Shown here in pieces: positions 1 to 16,055 of a stretch of DNA of 64,000 nucleotides. The stretch lies in the NCBI RefSeq assembly GCF_009914755.1, contig NC_060945.1; one strand, 5' to 3'. The translations under genes and the position numbers were made by a program. The DNA is from the human T2T-CHM13v2.0 reference genome, Homo sapiens. A model generated the notes under the pieces. That model searched no databases and was not told the origin of the DNA. It worked only from the letters and a program-made list of their open reading frames with translations. Numbering within the stretch: position 1 is the stretch's first letter; every line of letters begins with the position of its first letter.

Positions 1-411
1 GGATGTATTAAATTAATACATGATGACAAAATAAACTGGCTATAATTAAATAACAAATCTTAACTTGCACAAAACAGACAAAACCATATCACTGATGATG
101 TTATAAAATTATCAATAAAATGATGTCTACTTAAAACATTATTATAGTACACAAAGTAAAACAATAAAAGAATAACTCTTTTTAGTTCCTTTATAATGAA
201 GGCAATTTATTTTGTATATTATTTTGCATATTTTGTCAAACAATATAGTCCATTAGATAGCGATGTGTTAATATCTCCAGTAAAGATTTCATGTCAATAA
301 CCAATCTTGAAATCTCTTGCCCACAACTATCACTTAGTACTTTTAAAAGACATAACTGGACAACTGGACAAGAGGAAGAGCATCAGTATTGCCAAATCTG
401 ACGAATACTCA

Positions 412-543
<132 letters not shown>

Positions 544-874
544 TTATAGTTGTAAAATCACAGTTTCAAGAAAAATTATTCTATTTCACAACTTAATCAG
601 CCAATGACCACCCTTTAGTGGTTTTAAATCTTCATTTTCGTCCTCAGAATTCAAAAACATTTGTAAGGATCTAAATTAGCCTCTCTTCCCCATTAGACTC
701 TAAGCTGTAAAGACAAAGACAACTCTTGAATCTTCTACACCAAGCACCATAATTACCAGTCAGGGTTAGTGGAATGAGATAATGAAGGAAGGAATGAAAG
801 AACAATTAAACTACTCAGTCGCTGGATTTGTCCATAGAGTTTTTATAATAATTTTTAAATGATAAAGCCTTCTT

Positions 875-1211
<337 letters not shown>

Positions 1212-2447
1212 TCAATCAATAGAAGGTTTAGTGGCATATATAATACCAAAAAGGAATAATTTCAAAATGATGTATATTTTTCCATGATAGTGCATTGTAT
1301 GCTTTTCATTTGGTGACTTTTTTTACCTGTATAATTACAGTTTGCATATGTGTGGTAACACAATGAGTCTGCATCCTGTAAATTCATCTGGATGAAAAGA
1401 TGATTGGTTATAGGAAGAAATCCCCATAGACAATTATTTTGTAAATAATGAAGAGTTTACTTAATGTCAGATTGAGGAATCAGTAAGATATAAAACAGTA
1501 CTATGTGAAGGGGGAAGAGTTATTTTCTGAATAAAGGATCAGAAATTACTATTTTTTCCATATATTTTGCTGCAAGAAAAATTATACTAAAAATGTTGGA
1601 TAAAAATTACTCTAGCTTTTAAGTATTCTTTATTCCACCTAAATGATTTATGTTTAACAAGCAAAGGTTGTCACTGACTTAGTCGTATAAGTTATGATGG
1701 ATATATAAGTTTCAGATACATGATTAGGAAAACATTAAGTACAGTCTGATAATTTATGTTGTACATTTAAGAGTCACAAAATAATCCATTTCCAGCTCAA
1801 TTCCTGAAGGTAATATTAATTATTATATAAATTATATAAAACTTTTGTTTCCCTATCAAAGCTATAACATTAAAAATACAAAATATTATATTTATGTCTG
1901 CACGTCCATGTAACTGATTTATCCAGAAAGGAAATTTTACATTGCTTTTAAATCACTTCCCTGCTAAGATGATACTTTACAAAGAGATGTGATTAAAAGG
2001 CAGCAAAGTTCAGTCACCATTAACAATTATGCGTGGCTTTTGTGGAACAAATGGAAAAGTTCGTATTTTCTTCTCCTCAATTTTATTTTTACATTACAGA
2101 TTGTCAAACATGACCCTTGAGGCTTACCTCTGGATTGTGGTATGAAGGAATGAAAGCGAAAAATAATTACCTTTGTGAGATTCAGTAAGTACTTAAGTCC
2201 ACTTTTAAAATTTGAAAACAGAAACAAAATCTAACGATTTAGACACAAGGGAGAAGCCAATATATTGACAATAGATGCTTTTTGCAGAGTACAACAGACT
2301 TTTAAAGGCTATTTATTTTACAGTTTTCTTGGTGAATTTCCATAGCTCTCATTTTTAGTGCTGTTTAATTTATTCAAATATTTAGACTGGTCAGTTATCC
2401 CAAGGGCTTAGTGGGGATGTTTTGCTTCATGTTCTTAAAAGCCATTC

Positions 2448-3767
2448 AATGTACGCCTACAGCCATCTGATCTTTGACAAAGTCAGCAAAAATAAGCAAT
2501 GGGGAAAGGACTCCCTACTCAATAAATGGTGTTGGATAACCAGTTGGCCATACACAGAAGAATGAAACTGGACTCCTATCTTTTACCACATACAAAAATT
2601 AACTGAAAATGGATTAAAGATTTAAATGAAAGACCTCAAACTATAAGACTCCTAGAAGAAAAGCTAGGAAGCACCGTTCCTGACATCAGCCTTGGGAAGG
2701 AATTTATAACTAAGTCCTCAATAGCAATTGCAACAAAAGCAATTGACAAGCGGGATTTAATTAAACTAAAGAGCTTCTGCACAGCAAAATAAACTATCAA
2801 CAGAGTAAACAATCTACAGAATGGGAGAAAATATGTGTAAGCTATGCATCTGACAAAAGCCTAATATCCAGAATCTATAAGGAGGTTAAATAATTGAACA
2901 AACAAAAACCAAATAATCTCATTAAAAAATGGGCAAAGGACATCAACCAGACACTTCTCAAAAGAAGACATACAAGCAGCCAACAAACACAACAAAAAAA
3001 TGTTCAACAAGTCACCAATCATCAGAGAAATGCAAATCAAAACAGAGGGCTATTATTGAAAAGTCAAAAAAGCAACAGATGCTGGTGAGCCTGTGGAGAA
3101 AAGGGAATACTTATACACTGCTATTGGAAATGTAAATTAGTTCAACCACTGTGGAAAGCAGTTGGGAGATTTCTCAAAGAACTTAAATCAAAACTACCAT
3201 TTGCCTCAGTGATCCCATTGCTGGGGTATCTATCTAAAGGGAAATAAATCATTCTATCAAAAAGACAAATGCAGTTGTACATTCGTCACAGCACTATTCA
3301 AAATAGTAAAGAGACTGATTCATCCCAAGTGTTCATTAATAGTGGACTCAGTAAAGAAAATGTGGTACATACACACCGTGGAATACTATGCAGCCAGAAA
3401 AAAAAAAGAATAAAATCATGTCCTTTGCAGCAACATGGATGAAACTGGAGGCCATCATCCTATGCAAATTAATTCAGGAACAGAAAACCAAATACCGCAT
3501 GTTCTCACTTACAAGTGGGAGCTAAACACTGGGTACTCACGGACATAAAGATGGCAACAACAGATGCTGGGGACTTCTAGAGCAGGGAGGAAAGGGAGTG
3601 GGGAGGGTTGAAAAACTAACTATTGGGTACTGTATTCAATACCTGGGTGACGGGATCCATTGTACCTCAAACCTCAGCATCACAAAATATACCCAGGTAA
3701 CAAATCTGCACATGTACTCCCTGAGTCTAAAATTAAAGAAGTTGAAATTATCAAAAAATAAATAAAT
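2448..3767 (+). mobile_element. 5'-truncated L1 (older L1PA/L1PB-type 3' end), antisense to CYYR1 in intron 1
   Basis: ORF2 C-terminal and 3' UTR sequence; TSD AAAAGCCATTC at 2437-2447 and 3768-3778 at a TT|AAAA site. Confidence 0.92.
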
Positions 3768-6700
3768 AAAAGCCATTCTGATTGTGAGAGAGCTAATGTC
3801 CCCACTATTCCGTCAGAGTAGGACAACCAATGTGTAAGTAACGTCATGGGTGCCTTTTGAACCATGTCCAGGACAGTGACATCTTATTAAACTCGCCATC
3901 AATATCGAAGATTCAATTGCTACCGTTGCATTCCGGTGACTACTTTTATAAAGACATGGTGTTATCAAAATATTTTGAGCCAACGTTACAGGAAACCAAG
4001 CCCAAAATGTTGTAGCCAAGAAGCTGGATTATACCTGCAGCAAACATCTGGATCATGTTACACACTGGTCATTGTTTTTATGGCATTTTCCAGTGCTCTT
4101 GTCTACTTCCCAGAATTAAACTACCCAAAAGGGGAGATTTAACAGAATGGCAAATACATTTACAATCACAACCTCTCCAAAATGAAATTTCAACCACACT
4201 TCAAAGCCTTTTTTATGTTGGTTGCTTTCTCTGGGATATTTGAGAATAATTTGACAAAGATCAGTGTTTGCGCCATACAGGAGCTTTTTCTCACTGGAGA
4301 AAGAACAGATCATTCCAATTTGTCTTCAGAAGATAAATAATATTACTTCTAATGTCCAAGTTAGTATCCCTGAAAATCAGCCAACTTAAACTTTCTTCAA
4401 TGACTTTTTGCTGAAAGGTGTGGTCTGGAAGAAGGTTCCCCAACTCACCCCTGACTCCCAACTCACCCTGCCTCCCACCTTAAGGAATGCGCAGAACAGG
4501 AAAAGCAGTATCTGGCTTGAAGCACTTGCTTAGAAATGGCCCTTGCAAGCTATAGCTAAGATAAGAGAGGAAGGAAAGGGAGGAGACAGAAGTTACTGGC
4601 TGAGGCCCGGAAGGTAAAACCTTGACCGAATCCTGTCTTTGTAGCCTGCAGTGGGAGTCAGACAATAATATCAACACTTCACTGGGTCTCCTTCCAAAAG
4701 TAACTCTATAGTACAACATGATGCTTCAGGTATAGAAACCTTGCTCTTATTTGTTTAGCCAAATGAAATGTGAATCTAATGCATTTGCTTTGGGGAAAAT
4801 AATTTAGATTATGAGCAGTGCATCTACTTAGATTTTTGTCCCACAAAGCTGGCAATTCATTTAATAGTATGAACTATTTTGACTTCTGTGGTGTTCCAGC
4901 ATCTAACCTCAACCCTTACTTCTAGCCATACCTCTTAGTTCCAACCAAACTGAAATATCCTTTGTTGCATGTACAGATCTTGATTTTTGACTTTGATCAC
5001 ACGATATCCTACTATATCCCACTCCGTCTCGTTGGGTTCAGGGCGTCTATATTTTTCAAAGGTCTAGTTCCTTCAAGTCTTCTTCAATTCAGTTTTCCTG
5101 AGCAAATACTGATTGATCTTTTTGCTGAACAAAATAGACATTGTCCTCATGAAGCTTACTCTTTTAAGCCAGCAGTAAGACTTTCTTCTTTGAACATCTA
5201 TAGCACGTGATTTTACCTCTCCTATGACACAACCTTTTATACCTTAAAGTAACTTATGATCATACCGTAGTTCCCAGAGAAGACTGATAAGAACATGACC
5301 TCTTACGGCTCAACATACCTCACTCAGTAAGTAATAGTTGAATGAATATGAAAAGCATAAAAAGGCCTCTGAATAACAAGTCCAGGAATTGACACCAAAG
5401 AGCTTATTAGCTAAACACTTCTTAGCAAAGATAGTAAGTCAACTTAGCACTGGCTTACAACTACTTTGTAGCTTATGATAGAGGGATTCCAAAGAAGAGA
5501 AATGAATGGACTGAAAACTTTCTAAACTAACCACCCTTGTTGCTGGCCAGCTTCGCTGATTTCCTGAGCCCTGAGGAGCTGGGCACCTAGCACTGGGGAA
5601 ACAGGAGGAGGGGGCAGATGTGTAAAGCAGAAGCTTTCAGTTTACCACAGGGAATATAATAAACAAACAAACAAACAAACAAAATTGTGGTTCAATGGAG
5701 TGGTTGAATAAGTGTGAGTGAAAGTATTAAATATTGTCGAGCAGAGGAAGTGAAAAGCATAATTACTTCGAAAGAACTAATAAAGAGATTTTTTCAATAG
5801 AAAATGAATATTAATGCAGTTGACTCTGTTAATCCCTCAAATTCTGAAAACCTTATACAAATTTAATAAAAGAAATAAATGTTGTAAACAGATTAAATGT
5901 AATTCTCTTCATTAAATACGAAGAACTTATCCTACTTTTATGAATTTTCATATTAGAAAGTCAGCATTTTTCCTGCCATAAAACATCTTTAAAATGGTAA
6001 CTCCTAGACAGCCACTAATTTGCATTTCAATAAACAGGCTAAAAATGTCTACAGAAGTTATGGTGACTCTTTTCTAGCAAGGTTGAATGAGAAATTCAAT
6101 TCTTTTAATACTCAGGTGCAACACTGAAGAACATCATTTCAGTTGCAATATCTTTTTGAGTATCAAAGGTAAATTTCAGTGCTATATATACATTTCGTAT
6201 TGGAGGCTCAGGGGTGAGCCTGCGATTTTTGTCATAGGACGTTAGAGACACAAAAACATTTTACAAAGAACTTTGCTTTTAGCTTGCATTGTTTTGTGAA
6301 TATGAACTGATGCAAAGACCACGTGTGTAAGACACTTTATACCTGAATAACCAATGAAAGGCCATTTGGGGCTCCATATTAATCACAAACAAGAAAACCC
6401 ACTTTGCTTCGTTAATTATTAGCAGTTCTTACTACGAATAATTAGAAGGGAAACCAGATGCCCTTCTCTTATAAACAAGTGTCTATCTAAATCAACGAAC
6501 CTGTACAGATTAGACCCTGGGTGAATTCATGCTTCTCAAAAACCTTGTGTTTGACTTCAGTCCAATAGCTCAGTCTACCACACTTGTGAATCTCCCAAAG
6601 AACGAAAACAAAGCTCTAAGTTTTTTTTATTCACAAGAGGGAAAACCAGGACTATTTAGAAAGCAGAAGATGGAGAGGCCACTGCCTAGCCTATCCAGAT

Positions 6701-7005
6701 AAGTTTATTTGGATATAGTTTACTCTATCCAGAGAGTCAAATCCCCTAAACACGAGACTGCTATTTCCAAGGTGGAAAGGGAAAGAAAAGAAATGCAAAA
6801 GGTAAAAGTTAAAGGAAAAGGAACAAAACAAAACCGCGTGCGGCTGGAAGTGCGCGGGTTTCTGCCGTCGCCTCGCGGAAAAGGCAGAAGCGTCTGCAAA
6901 GGTCCTTCTGCAAAGGTCCCGGTCCGTCCAGCTCAACCCACGTTAGCCCGGACCGTGACCCAAGGGCAGCCCCGAGCCTCTGACCCTCTCCGCCGCCCTC
7001 CGTCA

Positions 7006-7620
<615 letters not shown>

Positions 7621-8089
7621 TTATCTTTAAACAAAGGGAAGGAATTTTCAGGGTTGAAGGTATTCGACAAAGAGTGACAGTGAAGAAAACTCAGGATTGG
7701 GAAGTACAGAAAGTGTATGGCATCTCTGCTGAAAGCTGATAAAATGTTTATTATTTTTTCCTGTAAATTCAGAAAAAAAAAACACAACAGTGCACACTGT
7801 CGTTATGATTTTGACGTTTTGGAGTTACTGGCCTATGCAATTAAACAAGAGAAAGAAAAAGATTTATGAAAAATGAAAGCTAAATTGTCATTAGCAAATG
7901 AAATACGTGTATACATGGAAAATCAAAGTTAATCAACTATAAAGCTCTTGTTTAGCAAACCAATAGTTTTCTTTCCTGCAAACAAAAATCAGAAAGTTCT
8001 CAATGTTATGCATGAAGGAAAAAAAATGATACGAATAAGTAAAGAGATACTTTTTTCACTAAGAAAATTTAGTAGGATAAAGACAACAA

Positions 8090-8960
8090 GATTCCCCAAA
8101 TTATTATATACATTTGGAAATAAAATTGATCCCAATTTTTAAAATAACATGATTTTTTTCAAACCAATCTGATTCTAAAGTTTATATGGAAAATAAATAT
8201 GTAAGAATATCTATTTAAAACAAGAGTAATGAATGGGAATAATGAATGGGATATTACATATAATATCACAATAATTAAAACAGTTTAGATTAACATTGGA
8301 ATAGATAGGCTTAGTGAAAGAGAAAAGGTAACCCAAAAGTAGACATGAGTATGTACAGCAATTTAATTTATGGTTTAAAGAAATATCAATGTAAAGTAGT
8401 AGGGGAAATGATGAGTTACTCAGTGAAAAGTGTTGAGGCCGTAAATAGCCATCTGTGGAGCCTTATCTTTTTACATCAAAATCAGTTCTATATGAATTAC
8501 ATATTTAAGATACAACTATGAAAATATTAGATTAAAAAATAAGAGGATAACATTCAAATAATTGTGGAATAGGGAAGCCTTTTCTAAGCATTATAAAAAA
8601 CTCAGAAACCATAAAACAAAATATTGACCAACTTGACTAAATAAGAATTAATACTTCCAGTTGGCAGACATTTAACTGGCAAAAATATTTGCAATGCAAA
8701 GTCCTAATCTCATTATTATACTGAGCTTAAAAAAATCAATAGGAAAAACAACCAAGAGATAACTGAGGAAGGATATTAATAGACACTTCATACAAAACAA
8801 ATAAATATAAATATAGAAATAAAATTGACAGTGAGACATCACTTTTCATGTATCAAACCAACCAAATACAAAACCAAATGAACTCTTAAGGGAAACGGTG
8901 TGGTTATATGTACGAAAATTCAAATACACATGTACTTAATTTAGTCAGTTCTCTTCCAGG
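8090..8960 (+). mobile_element. Old L1M fragment (ORF2 3' part)
   Basis: Degenerate L1 motifs (CTGATTCTAAAGTTTATATGGAAAA, GGGAAGCCTTTTCTAAGCAT); boundaries approximate. Confidence 0.65.
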
Positions 8961-10136
8961 AATTTTTTCCTGTAAATGCAGTGCTGCAAGGGAATACGAG
9001 AGTGGGAGGAAACATCACCCCCAAAATAAACATAAGCTAAGCTCTTTACTGTGTTTTACACGTTGGTGAAGGCCCAACCATCCACCATGTTCTAAAGAAG
9101 GCTGATCAGTTCCACCTTTTTTCTCATCCTCGCTGGCCAATCTATCACCAAGTTCACCTAATCTGTCCACCTGAACACCACCCAAACGCATTTTAAATTA
9201 TCATCTATTTCTGTCCTAATCTAGACTTTTATAGTCTTGATTATATTCAGCCTCCCTGCCTTCAGAGATGTTTGCCAGACTGAAGCTGGAATATTTCTTC
9301 TTAAACTACAGATTTCATCATGTTCACTCACTCAGTAGCATCCTGTTGCCCTTAGGTTAAAATTCAAACATTTAATCCAGGGTGTTCAAGAACTTGTTCA
9401 CTAGGTCCTGTCATTCTTGTAGCCTGATCAAAACATTCCACTGGGAAGCACAATTTCTAAATAACTGGGACAATGGTTGGAACCTAGAGAAAATCCCAGG
9501 CATACAAGCCCTTTGAGTCTTGAAGGAAGAAGATACAGATGGAAGTCAGTGTTTGCAGAGCTGAAGAATGGTATCCAGCCTGCTTGGAATAGAAAAATGA
9601 TTGTCTTTGCAGATGAGACTGAATACAGATCCTTGATGGGCTGGTATCTGTGATAGAAGAAGGGGCTTCTCCCGCCCACTTTTTGACACAGATCAGGAAG
9701 AGGCTGGCTGTTGCCACTGAGGCCCATAGGAAGTTGCAGTGTTGGTCAGGATAGTCTCTTTCAGCTTACTTTTGAGAACAGAAAGACTTCTCATACAGTT
9801 CAACAGATTGGTCGAGCAAGCTTGCCTGCAAGTGTACCTTCCAGAGCTGCTACCTTGAAGTATGCTGATGCTCAGGAAACCAAACTCAATTGACATGGAA
9901 AGGCAAAGAAAGATGGCAAGCCATTTAAGAAATTGTGGTAGTTAAAAGAAAGGATTTGAAGGAAAAAAAGATGTATATACAAATATGTATGGAATGAGAA
10001 ACCTTAAGAATACAACATCAGAGGAACTAAAAGAGTTCCTGGAAATTAAAATAAATGTGGTTTGAGGTTTTAAAATTTACAGAAAAAAATTATAAAATAG
10101 TCACATTAAAAAAAAAAAACTTAGATTGTTAGATCA

Positions 10137-10420
10137 GGCCAGGCGCGGTGGATCACGCCTGTAATCCCAGCACTTTGGGAGGCCGAGGTGGGTATCACTT
10201 GAGGCTAAGAGTTCAAGAGCAGCCTAGCCAACATGGTGAAACTTCATCTGTACTAAAAATACAAAAAATTAACTGGGCGTGGTGGTGTGCACCAGTAGTC
10301 TCAGCTCTCAGCTATTCGGGTAGCTGAGGCAGGAGAATCAGGAGGTAGAGGTTACAGTGAGGTAAGATCATGCCACTGCACTCCAGAGTGAGACTCTGTC
10401 TCAAAAAAAGAAAAAAAAAA
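10137..10420 (+). mobile_element. AluS with small right-arm deletions
   Basis: Alu consensus; TSD ATTGTTAGATCA on both sides. Confidence 0.93.
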
Positions 10421-11779
10421 TTGTTAGATCAAATAAGGAGTATTTTTCATATAACAGAGGAAAAAAAACACAAAGAAATAGAAACCACGAATAAAAATAT
10501 AAAAACCCAAAGAATGGGAATAATGTGCAGGCTAATAGTTTCCAGAGAAACACAAAGTGAAAAAGCAAACGTCAAAGAAATAATGTTTTAAAATTCTGAG
10601 CTGTAATAAAATTTGAATTTTCATATTTAAAATGGTGAGTTAGTTCCGAGAAATTTTTTTTGAAAAGAAGCACAAATATGTACATATCTTAGAGACCAGT
10701 TTCAACAAGTATAAATTTAAAATCATATACATTTTCATATATAATTTTTATGTTTCCTTGAAAAAGAGAATCTGACAGGCATCAGATTTCTCATTTGCAA
10801 CCCTGGAATTGAAGAGGGTGAAACTATTTTTAACCCACTGAAAGATAAAGAATGCAATCCAAGAATCCTCTTCTAAATCAGATTTTATTAATATTTCTGA
10901 TCCACTATGACATCTAGAACAATGTTTATTACAATTTTAAAAAATAGTTTACATGTACAACAGAGGTAAAACAGTTAAGTAAATTAGGGTATATCCACAT
11001 TATGAACTCATATCTAATGTTTAAAATTGTTGAAAAGATCTTTAAGATATATAGTTAAATAAGAAATGGAATACAAAATGATCTCAACAGTGGAAAAATG
11101 CAGCTAATGTTTTCATCTTTTATTGAACTTTCTTTTTCCCCACTTTCTTCCTGGGTATCTCTTTTTTTTTAAAAAAAAAAGTACCTCTGAATGAGGTATA
11201 TGCTGAAATTTTAAATGCTTGAAGATGATTAAAAAGCTATAGGTGAAATATGACAAGTAAGTAGTTTTAACTTATAGTTTTATTTAGGACCAAAAAGTTA
11301 GAATAGGACAGGACTCCACAGATTGTCTAGGTCAGTTTCCCAGTTTCTTACGTAAGAAGACTAAGGCCAAATTACCAAGTCAGTTAGAGGCAGGCTAGAT
11401 CCCATGGCAAGAGGCCACATAGCAGATTTTGCCATGATGTGATAGAGTGTGTTCAAGTTTGATGATAATCCCCTTTTGAGTTCCCTGACCCACATTTCTC
11501 TCTTCCAATAATTTATTTCACCATAGAATCAAACGGATTAGTATAATGTCTTACAATTAATTACCTTTTAATAAATACAACAAAAACATTTTATGTACAC
11601 GCAAGGGCTCTACTTGTATCTGTTCTTCATCTTCATTTGACGACGTGTGAATGCCAAGGAAAAAAAAGTACTTATACAGAAACATGCAAAAACCCCAGAA
11701 GAAAACAAGAAGAAAAACCATGAAGAAAAGGGGAGATGATTTAAGTGTCGCATTTAAGGTGTGGAAGGAATATCAAATG

Positions 11780-11960
11780 TTTATTATGTACCAAGTCCAT
11801 TTCTAAGTTCTTTAAGTTTATTCATGAATACTCTCAAAATCTCAGTGAGGTAGATACTATTATTATCACCTCTATTTGGATGAATACAGGTATTGAGACT
11901 GAGAGTGGTTAAGTAACTCTGCCCAAGGTCACACGTCTAACTGCCATGAGAGTGTGTCTC
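11780..11960 (-). mobile_element. MIR SINE
   Basis: Reverse complement of the MIR core (GGTTAAGTAACTCTGCCCAAGGTCACAC). Confidence 0.8.
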
Positions 11961-12745
11961 CAGAGCAGAGCTTCTGCCTGCACCCATCAAATGTAAACTG
12001 TTTTTCAAAATAGCTTTGCTTGGTTTTGACTATGTAAAAAACAGAAGATAATACGTTCCTATGACCTTTCTCAACAGCAATGTTTTTATTAGCATCAAAA
12101 ATGCTTTACTGAGGCACCTCCTCTGTGCAAGACCTAGCATCAAGTGTGGGATGGTTTGAGGAAATAACTTTCTTTTTAAAAAATGATTTCAACTTTTATT
12201 TTAGATTCAGTGGGTACATCTGCAGGTTTGTTAAATGGGTATATTGTATGGTGCTGAGGTTTGGGATATGGGAGATCCCATCGCCCAGATTGTAGTGAAC
12301 ATAGCACCCATATTCTTCATCCCTTCCTTCCGCCTTCTATAAGTCCCCAGAGTCCATTGTTGCCGGCTTTATGTTCATGAGCACCCAATATTTAGCTCCC
12401 ACTTATAAGTGAGACTATGTGCTGTTTGGTTTTCTATTCCTGCATTAATTCACCTTAAGTTATGGCCTCCAGAGACATCCATGTTGCTGCAAAGGACATG
12501 ATTTTGTTGTTTTTTTAATTTTTTATGGCTGTGTAGTATTCCGTGGTGTATAAGTTCCACATTTTCTTTTTCCAATCCTCCACTGAAGGGCACCTACGTT
12601 TATTTCATGTCTTTGCTATGGTGAATAATGCTGCAATGAACATATGGATGCATGTGTCTTTTGGTAAAATGGTTTATTTTCTTCTGGCTTGGATATATTC
12701 CCAGCAATGGGATTGCTGGGTTAATGGTAGTTATGTTTTAAGTCC

Positions 12746-13031
<286 letters not shown>

Positions 13032-14736
13032 TATTTTTTAATTCCTTTGAGAAATCTCCAAATTGCTTTCCACAGGGACTGAACTAATTTCATTACCATC
13101 GACAGTGTATAAGTGTTCCTTTTTCTCTGCAGTCTCATCAGCATCTGTTGTTTTTTGATTTTTCAGTAATAGCCCTTCTGACTGGTGTAAGATGATATCT
13201 CATTATGGTGTTGACTTGCGTTCCTGTGATGGTTAGTGACGTTGAGCATTTTTTATATGCTTGTTTGCTGCTTGTATGTCATCTTTTGAGAAGTGTCTGT
13301 TCATGTCTTCTGCATATGGCTAGCCAGTTATCCCAGCCCCATATATTGAATAGGGAGTCATTTCCCCATTGCCTATTTGTGTTGACTTTGTCAACGATCA
13401 GATGGCTGTAGCTATGCAGCTTTATTTCTGGGTTCTCTATTCTGTTTCATTAGTCTATCTGTCTGTCTTTGTACCAGTACCATGCTGTTTTGGCTACTGG
13501 TAGCCTTATAGTATAGTTTGAAGTTCGGTAATATGAGGCCTCTGGCTTTGTTCTTTTTGCTTAGAATTATTTTGGTTGTTTGGGTTCTTTTTTGGTTCCA
13601 AATGAATTTGACAATAGTTTCTTTCTAATTCTGCAAAAAATGACATTGGTAGTTTGATAGAAATAGGATTGAATCTGCAGATTGTTTTCAGCAGAATGGT
13701 CATTTTAACGGTATTGAGTCTTCCAATCCATGAACATAGAATGTGTTCCCATTTGCTTGTGTCATCTATGATTTCTTTCAGCAATGTTTTGTAGTTCTCC
13801 TTGTAGAGATTCTTCACCTCCTTGGTTAGATGTATTCCTAGGTATTTTATTCCTTTTGTCACTATGGTAATTTGGATTATGTTCTTGATTTGGCTCTCAG
13901 CTTGAACTTAATTGGTGTACAGAAATGCTACTGATTTTCATACCTTGATTTTGTATCCTGAAACTTTACTGAAGTCATTTGTCAGTTAGTTCTAGGAACC
14001 TTTTGATGGAGTCTTTAGGCTTTTTAAAGTATAGAATCATATCATCAGTGAAAAGAGATAATTTGACTTCTTCTTCTTCTCTTTGGATGCCTTTTATTTC
14101 TTTCTCTTGCTTGATTGCTCTGGCAAGGACTTCCAGTACTATGTTAGATAAGATTGGTGAGAATGGGCATCCTTGCCTTGTTCCAGTTCTCAAGGGGTAT
14201 GCTTCCAACTTTTGCCAATTCAGTGATATTGGCCATAGATTTGTTATAGATGGCTCTTACTTTGAGATATATTCCCTTGATCCCTAGTTTGTTGAGGGTT
14301 TTTATCACAAAGGGATGTTGGATTTCATTGAAGGTTTTTTTCACCCCTGTTGAGCTGATCATATGGTTTTTGTTTTTAATTCTGTTTATGCAGTGAATCA
14401 TATTTATTGATTTGCATACATAGACCCATCCTTGCTTCCCAGGAATGAAGCCTACTTGATTGTGGTGAATTAACTTTTTGATATGCTGCTCCATGTGGTT
14501 TGCTAGTATTTTGTTGTGGATTCTTGTGTCTATGTTCATCAGATATAGTGTGATCTATAGTTTTCTTTTTTCATTGTGTCTTTGCCTGGTTTTAGTATCA
14601 GGGTGATGTTGGCTTCATAGAATGAGTTAGGGAGGAGTCTCTCCTCCTGGATTTTTTTGAATTGTTTCAGTACAATTGGTACCAGCTCTTCTTTGCACAT
14701 CTGGTAGAATTTGGCTGTGAATTCATCTGGTCCAGG

Positions 14737-15100
14737 TGATATGGTTTGGCTGTTTCCCCACTCAAATCTCACTTTGAATTGTAATAATCCCGATGTGTCA
14801 AGGGCGGGTGGGGCCTAATGGAGATAATTGAATCACGGGGGCAGTTTTCCTTATACCATTCTCGTGGTAGTGAATAAGTCTCATGAGATCTGATGATTTT
14901 AGAAATGGGAGTTCCCATGCACAAGCTCTCTTGCCAGCTACCACATAAGACATGCTTTTGCTTCTCCTTTGCCTTCCACCGTGATTGTGAGACCCCACCC
15001 CCCAGCCATGTGGAACTGTGAGTCCATTAAACCTCTTTCTTTTATAAGTTACCCAGTCTTGGGTATGTCTTTATTAGCAGCGTGAGAATAGACTAATGCA
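14737..15100 (+). mobile_element. THE1 solo LTR (ERVL-MaLR) nested in L1
   Basis: TGATATGGTTTGGCTG...GACTAATGCA termini; 5-bp TSD CCAGG. Confidence 0.93.
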
Positions 15101-15879
15101 CCAGGGGTTTTTTGTTTGTTTGGCAAATTTTTTATTACTGATTCAATTTCAGAACTTGATATAGGTGTGCTCAGGGTTTTGATTTCTTCCTAATTCAATC
15201 TTGGATGGTTGTGTGTTTCCAGAAGTTTATCCATTTTTGTTCATAATAGTCTCCGAGAATCTTTTGTATTTCTGTGAGATCAGTTGTAGTGTTACCTTTG
15301 TCATTTCTGATTGTGCTTATTTGGATCTTCTCTTTTTCTTTAACTTAGCTAGTGGTCTATTGATCTTATTTATCCTTTCAAAAAACCAACTTTTGGTTTC
15401 ATTGATTCTTTGTATGGATTTTTTGGTCTCAATTTCACTTAGTCCTGATCTAATTTTGGTTATTTCTTTTTCTTCTGCTAGCTTTGGGTTGGTTTGTTCT
15501 TGTTTTTCTAGTTCCTCTAGGTGTGATGTTAGATCGTTAATTCGAGATCGCTCTAACTTTTTGAGGTAGGTATTTGGTGCTATAAATGTTCCTCTTAGTG
15601 CTGCTTTTGCTGCATCCAGGAGATTTTGGTATGTAGTGTCTCTTTTTTCATTTGAAATAACCTTCTTTAAAGTTTCTTTGAAGATGGTTTTGATGAAATC
15701 ACAAAGTAACTATTGATTTAGCATTTTTTCTCCCACAACTCTATGTCACACAACAATAATCAACCATTAACAATGATTTTTTTAAATACAGTTTAGAAAA
15801 ATCATCTTCACATGTGTAATATACTTAATCATTCTAACAATCCTAAAATGTGCTGTATTACCATCGTTGTTACACTATG

Positions 15880-16055
15880 GTTGGAAGTATCAGTCTGAAA
15901 GTTTAGTGTGCATCAGAATCACCTGCAGGGTGTGTTAAAATAGAGATCACCAGACCCTGTCCCTGATTCAGTTGGCACCAAATAATTTGCATTTCTAATA
16001 AGTTATCAGTTGATGCAGATGCTGCTGGCCAAGTACCGTAATGAGAACCACTGAT
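15880..16055. mobile_element. MER5A-like hAT-Charlie element
   Basis: GCATCAGAATCACCTG...TTTGCATTTCTAA...GAGAACCACTG. Confidence 0.75.

Noticed and set aside
13506-14772. RT-like ORFs suggesting an active reverse transcriptase gene
   Set aside because: Frameshifted, truncated L1 ORF2 relics interrupted by THE1.
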